Both the position numbers and the translations under genes were made by a program. The notes beneath the pieces were generated by a model. It ran no database searches and was not told the DNA's origin. It worked only from the letters and a program-made list of their open reading frames with translations. Source: Candidatus Micrarchaeota archaeon (GTDB lineage: Archaea; Micrarchaeota; Micrarchaeia; Micrarchaeales; CABMGC01). From it: a DNA stretch of 64,000 bases. Shown one piece after another: positions 10,453-18,788 of the stretch (positions within the stretch are counted from its first letter, which is position 1; each line of letters starts with the position of its first letter). The stretch is from NCBI GenBank assembly GCA_021796225.1, contig JAJYOL010000005.1:597-64596 (forward strand), read 5' to 3'.

Positions 10453-10971
10453 TTAAATATGTTTTGTACTCGGCGAGCTTTCAGACCTTTTTAACGAGGA
10501 GGATATGCCAACGAGTATGCTGATATTCTTAATCAGGGAAACGAGGGAGCTTATGTTCGTCACGCGCCCACCTTTCGTGTGTATGCCCATGTTGGCGAGA
10601 AAAACTTCGTCTACAGGGTGCATGCCGTTCATGAAAACACCGGATTTCGAAATCCTGCCCATGGAATCGAACATCCCGGCAAGATAACTTTTGGAAAACT
10701 CGTTCTGCATCCTGAAAAGCTTGTCCGACTTGGAACGTATTTCAGCAAGGCGTTTTGCTATGCGCGAATTGTAAAAGTATATGCTGTGTCGTCCTTCCTC
10801 TTCGGTAACCATTATGCGTGTCGGGTCAACTTCAAATAATTTCATTGCGAGCTCCGCAAAATGAGTCTCTATCTCCTTGATGTTAGTTTCAACGCCTACG
10901 GCATTCTTCTCCTTGAAAGGCGCATTGAGGCCTGCAATGTAGCATATCTCAGGAGTTAATTTTATTTTCAT
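10453..10971 (-). CDS. degenerate LAGLIDADG-fold protein
   Basis: LTPEICYIAGL and SYLAGMFDSMGRI resemble the two LAGLIDADG helices, with catalytic acidic residues eroded. Confidence 0.55.
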   Translation of the reverse strand: MKIKLTPEICYIAGLNAPFKEKNAVGVETNIKEIETHFAELAMKLFEVDPTRIMVTEEEGRHSIYFYNSRIAKRLAEIRSKSDKLFRMQNEFSKSYLAGMFDSMGRISKSGVFMNGMHPVDEVFLANMGIHTKGGRVTNISSLVSLIKNISILVGISSSLKRSESSPSTKHI

Positions 10972-11016
10972 TGCATCGCAATAGTTATAGGGAATTGCAC
11001 CTTATAACGCTGCTGG

Positions 11017-11961
11017 TCATGGTGCCGTATATGAATTTTCCCACGAAGCGGTAAAAGATGCATCAACAGAATTTCCATTGTATCCGTTACCGCCATAGTC
11101 ATCAGCATTTCCATTCAATGGCCACCATCCAACTAAATACTGCAATTCTATTGGCGCTCCGCCTATTCCTTCCCGGTATAACGCGCCCACAGTATTTGCA
11201 GACAGAGGCATGTTGTATAATTGCATATTTGCTATTTGCAATCCTGAAGAAACTTCGTCACCTCCGGGAGGATTACTTCCAAAACTCAACGCAGGGATAG
11301 AGAAATTTGTCAATGCATTAGAACCCAATGCAGTAAAAGTACATGTTTTGGAAACGTTACCATTCACATATAATATTATTGAATCATATTCGCTTACAGT
11401 GATAACAACGTTGTAAAAACGATATGGGGTTATGCTATTCAACGGTGTAGAACAGGATTGAAGGGAAGGCCAATTTTCTCCGTACGTCAAATCATTGCCA
11501 GTATTTGCACCTAGTCCTGAAAAATCAAAATTTTGGTTTCCACCTATGCCGTTGTTAGTACTTGCATTATAGATGTCGTATATCGGTGTTGACCAAGGTG
11601 ATCCCACGGTACCGCCATAATATGTGCCGGCAGGATTATTATCTGAAAACCATAAAGCAATAGTAAAGTTTGTCGTAGCAAGAGCAAAATGCGTTCCTTC
11701 TAAAGGACGACCATTTAATTGCAATACATATTGCGGAAATTCACCGCTGCAAATTCCCTCAAGATTAATATCGTAATTTGTTCCGGGACCGTTGGGACGG
11801 AATACTTGGCAACTTCCAGGTTGCGCCTTAGGCGCAAAGTTTGAAGGACTGAATATTCCGAGTGAATAAAGAACGCCAAGGACAACCGCAATGACTAGTA
11901 TCGCCCATCCGTAGGTCATGAGATATTCCATTGCGGACTGTAGTCGTAATTTCATATTCAT
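11017..11961 (-). CDS. class III signal peptide (pilin-like) LamG/ConA-like domain protein, paralog A
   Basis: RLQSAMEYLMTYGWAILVIAVVLGVLYSLG N-terminus; LamG motifs FTIALW, LYVNG, NMQLYN, GWWPLNGNA. Confidence 0.85.
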   Translation of the reverse strand: MNMKLRLQSAMEYLMTYGWAILVIAVVLGVLYSLGIFSPSNFAPKAQPGSCQVFRPNGPGTNYDINLEGICSGEFPQYVLQLNGRPLEGTHFALATTNFTIALWFSDNNPAGTYYGGTVGSPWSTPIYDIYNASTNNGIGGNQNFDFSGLGANTGNDLTYGENWPSLQSCSTPLNSITPYRFYNVVITVSEYDSIILYVNGNVSKTCTFTALGSNALTNFSIPALSFGSNPPGGDEVSSGLQIANMQLYNMPLSANTVGALYREGIGGAPIELQYLVGWWPLNGNADDYGGNGYNGNSVDASFTASWENSYTAP

Positions 11962-11965
11962 CCCG

Positions 11966-12886
11966 TTATGGTGGGGTATATCCGCCTTGCCACATTCCTG
12001 TAAATATTACATTTGTTGGCACGCCGTTGTTATTGTTTCCACTGTAGTCGTTTGCATTGCCATTGAGCGGCCACCAACCAGTAAGATTCTGCAATTTTAC
12101 CGGCGCTCCCCCTATTCCTGCAGAATAAAGAGAACTGATTTCTACAGGCGTAAGGTACGTGTTGTATGTTTGTACATTAGACATTTTGCCATCCAATTTG
12201 CCTACCAAACTACCTTGACAACCCGTACTAACACCCCCAAATTCTATTAATGGATTTGGAATACTACTGGATATATTTTGTCCTGATACCGAATCGGAAG
12301 CCACACCGTTTAAGTATATAGTTATCGTGCCCGTGCCTGCACCCCCGTTAGCAAGGCTTATAGTGAGCATATTCCATGAGTTAAAAGGTATCACCACATT
12401 GGATGATGAACCATACCAATTACCTGTGTAATCTTTATTCCATGTTGATACAACTACAGGACTTGCACCTATGTTATATGAACCGCAACCTGGATCTCCA
12501 GCATAGTTGGTATACGCATCAAAAAAAGTGCCGCCTTCGTTCATATATATCCACATATTTATACTGTAAGAAGGGATATTTGCTATCGGATATGTATTAG
12601 CTACAATATACCCTGTTCCAGCAAATTGTGCGACGTATTGTGGAAGTTCGCCACTACAGGTTCCTTCTAAATTAATATTGTAATTGGTATTAGGTCCGTT
12701 AGGACGGAATACTTGGCAACTTCCAGGTTGCGCCTTCGGTGCAAAGTTTGAAGGACTGAATATTCCGAGAGAATACAAAACACCGAGGACAACCGCAATG
12801 ACGAGTATCGCCCATCCGTAAGTCATGAGGTATTCCATTGCAGATTGGATTTTCAAATGGTGCAAGCGTACTGACATAAATCCCAT
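11966..12886 (-). CDS. pilin-like LamG domain protein, paralog B
   Basis: KIQSAMEYLMTYGW...; SINMW, IYLNG, NVQTYN, GWWPLNGNANDYSGNNNNG. Confidence 0.85.
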   Translation of the reverse strand: MGFMSVRLHHLKIQSAMEYLMTYGWAILVIAVVLGVLYSLGIFSPSNFAPKAQPGSCQVFRPNGPNTNYNINLEGTCSGELPQYVAQFAGTGYIVANTYPIANIPSYSINMWIYMNEGGTFFDAYTNYAGDPGCGSYNIGASPVVVSTWNKDYTGNWYGSSSNVVIPFNSWNMLTISLANGGAGTGTITIYLNGVASDSVSGQNISSSIPNPLIEFGGVSTGCQGSLVGKLDGKMSNVQTYNTYLTPVEISSLYSAGIGGAPVKLQNLTGWWPLNGNANDYSGNNNNGVPTNVIFTGMWQGGYTPP

Positions 12887-12965
12887 ATCTTAGACACATG
12901 AATATTTTTTAAGCACACTGCTTGCATTGCTCGCGCTAATGAAATATGGAAAAGAAAAAGCAGAA

Positions 12966-14615
12966 TAGATGTAGTCTTGAGCTTAATGCGAGGTCGCGAA
13001 TAAACGGAATTAGCTTCTTTGCACACTTGTTTGTTCTCTAAACTTCTAATGAAGTTATGAGGTGATCTATCCGCAGGTTCCCCTACGGATACCTTGTTAT
13101 GCCTTAGCCCCCCTCACGAAACCTTAGTTCGAAAGCATCATACGATGCTGCGTCACTAAGGCCTCACTTGGATGACTTGGCAGGCGGTGTGTGCAAGGAG
13201 CGGGGACTCATTCACCGCTCGATAGTGACAAGCGATTACTAGGGATTCCAGCTTCATGAGGGTGAGTTTCAACCCTCAATCCGGACTTTGATTGGTTTTA
13301 GGGGATTGGCTCCTCATTTCTGAGTTGCAGCCCATTGTACCAACCTCTGTATGCCGCGTGTAGCCCTGAAGATTCGGACTATACTGACGTACCGTCGCCC
13401 TCTCCTTCCTCCTGCTTAAACGCAGGCGGTCTCGACAGAGTGCTCACGCCATCGCTGGCATGATAGCAACTGTCAATGAGGGTCTCGTTCGTTACCGGAC
13501 TTAACCGGAGATTTCACAACACGAACTGACGATCGCCATGCAGCACCTCTCGGCTTGTTAGGTAAGATCTTTAGTCTGGCCTTCATCCTGCCGTCGCTCC
13601 AGGTAAAATTTCCGACGTTGAATTCAATTAAACCGTAGCATCCACCCCTTGTGTGCTCCCCCGCCAATTGCTTTAAGTTTCAACCTTGCGGCCGTACTCC
13701 CCAGGCGGCAGACTTAACAGTTGTCCTACGATACTGCACCTATTCGTGATAGGTGCAACACCAGAGTCTGCATAATTTACTGCTAGGGCTACTCGGGTAT
13801 CTAATCCGATTCGTTCTCCTAGCCTTCGTCACTCACCGTCGGATGCGTTCTGGTCAGGCGCCTTCGCCACCGGTAGTCTTCATAGGATTATAAGATTTTA
13901 CCCTTACCCCATGAATACTCCTGACCTCTTCCGCTCCCTAGCCAAAAGGTATCTTATGCACTCGTTGACGTTATGCGCCAACATTTCACATAAGACGGTT
14001 TTAGCCGGCTACGGACTCTTTAAGCCCAATAATAGTGAACACCACTTGTGCCGCCGGTATTACCGTGGCGGCTGCCACCGGTCTTACCCAGCACTTATTC
14101 TCCAAGCTGACTAAACTTGGCAAAAGATGCACCGAAGTGCATCACTCAGACTCCCCTCATCACACTTACGTGCATTGTGAAGTTTTCGCGCCTGCTGCAC
14201 GCCGTAGCGCTAGGGCCATTGTCTCAGTGCCCTTCTCGGGGCTCTTACTCTCATATCCCCTACGGGTAATAGGTATGGTGGGCCGTTACCCCGCCATCTG
14301 CCTGATCCGACGCAGTCTCATCGCAGAGCGGTAGTGCTGCAATTTGCACACCTTTTGAGCTAGAATTCATTCCAGAATTTCTAGCCTATATGGTATTAGC
14401 CTCAGTTTCCCAAGGTTATCCCCTTCTCTGTGGTAGATTGACCACGCGTTACTGAGCCGTACGCCGCCCAACGAAGCCGTTGGGCTGACTTGCATGGCTG
14501 TCGAAATCTGATAGCAGTGTCCTCCAGCAGCATCGACTGGAGTTAATTAACTTAATTATGATGCTAAAGCAATTGCGTTTCGCGAGCCTCTTTACATTGC
14601 TCAAGACTACATCTA
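12966..14615 (-). repeat. inverted repeat forming the pre-16S processing stem
   Basis: TAGATGTAGTCTTGAGC (12966-12982) is the exact reverse complement of 14599-14615; pairing continues inward through GAGG/CCTC and TCGCGAA/TTCGCGA. Confidence 0.9.
13056..14544 (-). rRNA. rrs: 16S rRNA (archaeal, divergent, unlinked from 23S, no evident intron)
   Basis: Minus strand: 5' AACTCCAGTCGATGCTGCTGGAGG, GGCAGCCGCCACGGTAA, ATTAGATACCC, AAACTTAAAGCAATTGGCGG, GCACACACCGCC, TAACAAGGTA, 3' GATCACCTCA; about 1.49 kb; ends approximate. Confidence 0.98.
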
Positions 14616-14710
14616 ATTCCAATAGGAATTTTCACGTGCCACAGCATAAATGAACATAGTTAGAACAACTATGAATGAAGCTATAGCAAGATAACAATTT
14701 GTATGAATAG

Positions 14711-14720
14711 GTTTATATAC
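14711..14720 (-). promoter_or_regulatory. probable rRNA promoter TATA box
   Basis: GTATATAAAC on the minus strand, about 100 nt upstream of the processing stem. Confidence 0.55.
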
Positions 14721-14827
14721 GTTCGCCCGACCCAGCGGCATATAATATCAACGTCAACATGATGGCGGATTATTGCGTTTGGAAGGCATCCGAAATCGCA
14801 CTTTCATATCATATGCACGCCACGAGG

Positions 14828-15700
14828 TTATGGTGAGACGTATTCGCCTTGCCATGTGGCGCTATATCGAACGTCATATGGCACCCCGTCATTATTATTG
14901 CCGCTGTAGTCTTCAGCATTTCCATTCAAAGGCCACCAGCCTATGAGATGTTGCAGGTCTGTAGGCACGCCTCCGATACCTTCATTGTAGAGTGCGCTTA
15001 CGTCGTTAGCGGTTAACGACGCATTGTATATTTGAACGTTTGCTATTGAAAAGGACGCATTTCCAGCCATGCCAATGAACAGATCGCCATTTGCATTATT
15101 GAATGACATGTTTCCAGAGAGTGTTCCCTTATACGCCTGAACGCCGTTTACGTACGTATAAATGGAATTTGCAGAGGAATTGTACGTTCCGGTATAATAC
15201 TGCCATTTGTTTAACGTTGCGCTCGGAGTGACGGTAATCCACGCCTGTCCGTTTGGAGTAATTATGGACCAGATAATCTCCAAGCTGTTAGGATTCATAT
15301 ACATGAAATATTGGCTGTTTATGTGTTTGCCCACCATAACGGGAAACTGCCCTGCACCAGTGGCGGAAAAGGTATTCATCCAGAAGGATACTGTAACCGT
15401 CTGGGTCGGATTCAGCATTAATGAATTTGCAACCGTAACATATCCAGTTCTGTCAAATTGCGCAACATATTGTGGTAGTTCACCACTGCAAACCCCTTCA
15501 AGATTTATATCGTAATTTGTTCCGGGACCATTGGGACGGAATACTTGGCACGAACCAGGAGACGCCTTAGGCGCAAAGTTCGAAGGACTGAAAATTCCTA
15601 GAGAATACAAAACACCTAGGACGACCGCAATGACTAGTATCGCCCATCCGTAGGTCATGAGGTATTCCGTTGCAGATTGGAGTTTTGATCCCATATTCAT
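14828..15700 (-). CDS. pilin-like LamG domain protein, paralog C
   Basis: MNMGSKLQSATEYLMTYGW...; VTVSFW, TYVNG, NVQIYN, GWWPLNGNAEDYSG; ATG 15700 chosen by homology to paralog A. Confidence 0.85.
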   Translation of the reverse strand: MNMGSKLQSATEYLMTYGWAILVIAVVLGVLYSLGIFSPSNFAPKASPGSCQVFRPNGPGTNYDINLEGVCSGELPQYVAQFDRTGYVTVANSLMLNPTQTVTVSFWMNTFSATGAGQFPVMVGKHINSQYFMYMNPNSLEIIWSIITPNGQAWITVTPSATLNKWQYYTGTYNSSANSIYTYVNGVQAYKGTLSGNMSFNNANGDLFIGMAGNASFSIANVQIYNASLTANDVSALYNEGIGGVPTDLQHLIGWWPLNGNAEDYSGNNNDGVPYDVRYSATWQGEYVSP

Positions 15701-15705
15701 CCCGA

Positions 15706-16638
15706 TTACGGCGGTGTATATCCACCCTGCCATGTTCCGGTAAATATCACGTTTGTTGGCACGCCGTTGTTATTGTTTCCACTGTAGTCGTTTGCATTAC
15801 CATTGAGCGGCCACCATCCGACCAGATGTTGTAAATCTACAGGCGCAGCTCCGATGCCTTGACTGTATAAAGCGCTTATTGCATTGGCCGATAAAGTTGT
15901 ATTATACGTTTGCACGTTAGACTCATAACCTATCATGTCATTACCTGGACCAGTATGCCCTAACCCATACGCACCTAGTGTAAGGTCATTTTGAAGCCCT
16001 GCTGCGCCACCGGATGAAAACGAACATTCCTGGCCAGATACGTACAGTACCGATGTAGTGGCATTCATGGTCTCAACTACAAAGTACCACTTGTTCATAC
16101 TGATCCCATTAATATGGCAATTGCCGCTGGACCCGCCGTGTATGAAGAAGGTAAAACCAGTGCTTGTAGCCCCCGGATATGAGTTAGGATATGACTGCAG
16201 ACCTATGGCATTGTTAGATTCCGTGTTAGACCACCACTCCTGCACCCCGTTGGAAGAATTGAATCCGGACACTTCTATCCATCCAGTGTATGAAACAGAA
16301 TTCTGATAAAATCTAGGATTTAGGCTTGATATCCACACCAGAGAATCTTCGCCATTGAATCCTGCAACATACGTAGGCAGTTCGCCGTTACATGTGCCCT
16401 CCAAGTTCGCATCATACGATGTGCCTGGTCCATTCGGCCTGAACACCTGGCACGAGCCGGGCTGCGCCTTCGGCGCGAAGTTCAACGGATTGAAAATGCC
16501 TATAGAGTACAGCACGCCCAGAACGACAGCGATGACGAGTATGGCCCATCCGTAAGTCATGAGGTACTCCATTGCGGATTGGAGTTTCTGGTGCTTCATC
16601 ATGGATCGTGGTTTGCTGTTTCTGCAGGCCATAAGCAT
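15706..16638 (-). CDS. pilin-like LamG domain protein, paralog D (start may be 16602/16599)
   Basis: KLQSAMEYLMTYGW...; SYTGW, LYVSG, NVQTYN, GWWPLNGNANDYSGNNNNG. Confidence 0.85.
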   Translation of the reverse strand: MLMACRNSKPRSMMKHQKLQSAMEYLMTYGWAILVIAVVLGVLYSIGIFNPLNFAPKAQPGSCQVFRPNGPGTSYDANLEGTCNGELPTYVAGFNGEDSLVWISSLNPRFYQNSVSYTGWIEVSGFNSSNGVQEWWSNTESNNAIGLQSYPNSYPGATSTGFTFFIHGGSSGNCHINGISMNKWYFVVETMNATTSVLYVSGQECSFSSGGAAGLQNDLTLGAYGLGHTGPGNDMIGYESNVQTYNTTLSANAISALYSQGIGAAPVDLQHLVGWWPLNGNANDYSGNNNNGVPTNVIFTGTWQGGYTPP

Positions 16639-16718
16639 TTTATTCGGATGGAATATTTATAATTTGAGTTGTGACGCTCCACTGACGATAATGTCTTGAT
16701 TCATGTTGACCGGCAGAT

Positions 16719-17516
16719 TTATTTGGTCTGTATCGCGCCATCCATCGAATTCTTGCATGTGCATTTGCGTTCCGCAGGCATAGCAGGGATCAGATCGGTC
16801 AAAAGCGCTTTCACATTCTTTATGTTCTCGGCAAAAATCTTACCGACAGCCTCAGCACTTACGGGTTTGATTTCACTATTTCCCTCAAGCCCCGCATCAT
16901 AATCGGTAACCAAACCTATTCCCAGATAACATATACCAAGCTCTTTTGCAAGCACCACTTCAGGATATTGCGTCATGTTTATCATGTCGAATCCGGACTT
17001 GCTGAAGAATCGGGACTCTGCACGAGTGGAGAATCTCGGACCGTTAATCACAACGACAGAACCTTCTTTGTGATGCTTAAGCCCCAGTTTGTCGGCAGAT
17101 TTGCCGGCTATTTCACGCATCTGCGGACAGTAGGGATCTGCCATGCTTACGTGTGCAACTATGTCCTTATCGTAGAATGTGTCCTTTCTGCCATTCGTCA
17201 TGTTCATGAATTGATCAAAGAATGCAAGCTCGCCAGGCTTGAATTCCGGATTCAATGAACCCACGGCATTCGTTGCTATTATTCTTTTGACACCCATTGA
17301 CTTTAATGCAGTCAGATTTGCACGATACGGCACGAGATGAGGCGGAAGCGTGTGCTTTACGCCGTGTCTTGGAAGAAATGCGACCTCGGTTCCGCTGAAT
17401 GAGCCTACGTAGACTTCCGAACTCGGCGCACCGTATTCCGTATCCCGCTGCAAATGCATCGGACTTTCCAAAAGCTCATACAATCCCGAACCCCCTATTA
17501 TACCTATATCTGGCAT
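16719..17516 (-). CDS. mtnP: S-methyl-5'-thioadenosine phosphorylase
   Basis: IGIIGGSG, RHG..H.LPPH, NAVGSL, GPRFSTRAES, VTDYD. Confidence 0.92.
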   Translation of the reverse strand: MPDIGIIGGSGLYELLESPMHLQRDTEYGAPSSEVYVGSFSGTEVAFLPRHGVKHTLPPHLVPYRANLTALKSMGVKRIIATNAVGSLNPEFKPGELAFFDQFMNMTNGRKDTFYDKDIVAHVSMADPYCPQMREIAGKSADKLGLKHHKEGSVVVINGPRFSTRAESRFFSKSGFDMINMTQYPEVVLAKELGICYLGIGLVTDYDAGLEGNSEIKPVSAEAVGKIFAENIKNVKALLTDLIPAMPAERKCTCKNSMDGAIQTK

Positions 17517-17527
17517 TTTTGCACCTA

Positions 17528-18760
17528 TTACTTCTTCTCTTTTCTTTCAGCCTTGGCTTTAGACCTTCTCAGCTTTTTACTTGCAACCACAACCACTATA
17601 AGTATTATGGCTATTATGAGAACGTCTTCTGCAAGATTCCCCGTACCGGAAGTGCGTGAAACCGGAACGAAATAGTTATTCGATCCGGAATACTGCTGGT
17701 TAACAGCACCATTTGGCTGTTTCCACTGCTCGGTAAGCGTTACCGGATAATTTCCAGGAACGCCGGACGTGTCAACACTCACCATGAATGTCATGTTGGT
17801 GGATTGCCCCGGTTCTAGGCTCGCGATATACGCAGTGCTTGAAACGGGAGATACCGGATAGGTGGTTTGCAAGCTCACTTGAAGCTGATTTGCAACGCTT
17901 GTCCCGGTATTCGTTATCACAAAGCTGATCGGTACGTCAGTGGCACCGACAACAGGTCCGGAACCCGACGAACTTATGGTGAATTGTGCAGCGGGGGCAA
18001 CCGAAAGATTGACCTGCTGGCTTGTGGTGAAGCGCTGCTTGAGCGTAGACGAATAATAGGTTACATTTACAAGCAGGCTTGTGTCGCTTTCATTCTGCGC
18101 GCCGACAAGAAGCGGCTCGGTGACGGAAGAACCCTGTGATATGCTGTCCGCATAGAACGTCCTGACTGAACTCAGTATGTTGAGCCCTGTCGCCCTGCTT
18201 ACAGTTATGCTTACGTTTTTAGCCGTGCCGTACCCTGTATTTTCAACTATCAGATTGATAGTCTGGTTATGTCCGGCATAGAGCGTTGATGGAGACGGAC
18301 TTGATGCAACAACCTTTATTGCAGGCCTGTTCTGAACATAGAAACTTATCGGCATTGTAGATGTTGCGACTTGCGTACCGGTTGCGGCATATATGAAATA
18401 TGAAGCAGTCATCGTCACCGTGTAAGTGCCAGATGAAGTGGTGTTTGGTATGAAAAAGGTGTAGGCGTAGTAGCCCGTTGTTTGTACGGGATTTACCGTA
18501 CCCACCTGATAGCCGCTCAGCGGCGATGCGTTCAGCAATGGATACGACGCGCTAGGTTGCAGCACCGTGCTGTACAGCCATTCGTCATATCCGTTATGCA
18601 GCTGGAACCTTATAGTCACATTGCTCCCCGCAACAACAGGATTGGGAGAGACCGAAATGTTCGCCAATGTGAGCGAGTTGTCGTATACCGACTGCGCACT
18701 GACCATTCCGCTTAGCAGCGCAAGCGCAGCGACAGCCAGAAGGAAATTTCTTGCATTCAT
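17528..18760 (-). CDS. secreted Ig-fold (COG1361/CARDB-like) surface protein with C-terminal TM anchor
   Basis: Signal peptide, repeated NTGxxxAxNV Ig motifs, C-terminal TM followed by a basic tail. Confidence 0.75.
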   Translation of the reverse strand: MNARNFLLAVAALALLSGMVSAQSVYDNSLTLANISVSPNPVVAGSNVTIRFQLHNGYDEWLYSTVLQPSASYPLLNASPLSGYQVGTVNPVQTTGYYAYTFFIPNTTSSGTYTVTMTASYFIYAATGTQVATSTMPISFYVQNRPAIKVVASSPSPSTLYAGHNQTINLIVENTGYGTAKNVSITVSRATGLNILSSVRTFYADSISQGSSVTEPLLVGAQNESDTSLLVNVTYYSSTLKQRFTTSQQVNLSVAPAAQFTISSSGSGPVVGATDVPISFVITNTGTSVANQLQVSLQTTYPVSPVSSTAYIASLEPGQSTNMTFMVSVDTSGVPGNYPVTLTEQWKQPNGAVNQQYSGSNNYFVPVSRTSGTGNLAEDVLIIAIILIVVVVASKKLRRSKAKAERKEKK

Positions 18761-18788
18761 GTTTTCACCAATATCAATTAATTATTTA

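Noticed and set aside
10421-10520. Possible structured RNA (TACTCG...CGAGTA stem) at the end of the LAGLIDADG-like gene
   Set aside because: Short stem within coding sequence with no recognisable ribozyme, riboswitch or SRP motif
13473-14334. ORFs 13473-13667, 13911-14114 and 14035-14334
   Set aside because: Shadow ORFs inside the 16S rRNA gene
13056-14544. Intron or homing endonuclease insertion in 16S
   Set aside because: Length of about 1.49 kb and landmark spacing are normal
11966-15830. Diversity-generating retroelement TR/VR pair (AAC-rich near-identical 3' ends of paralogs B and D)
   Set aside because: Differences are mostly synonymous and not adenine-specific, both copies lie in intact ORFs, and no reverse transcriptase is in the window
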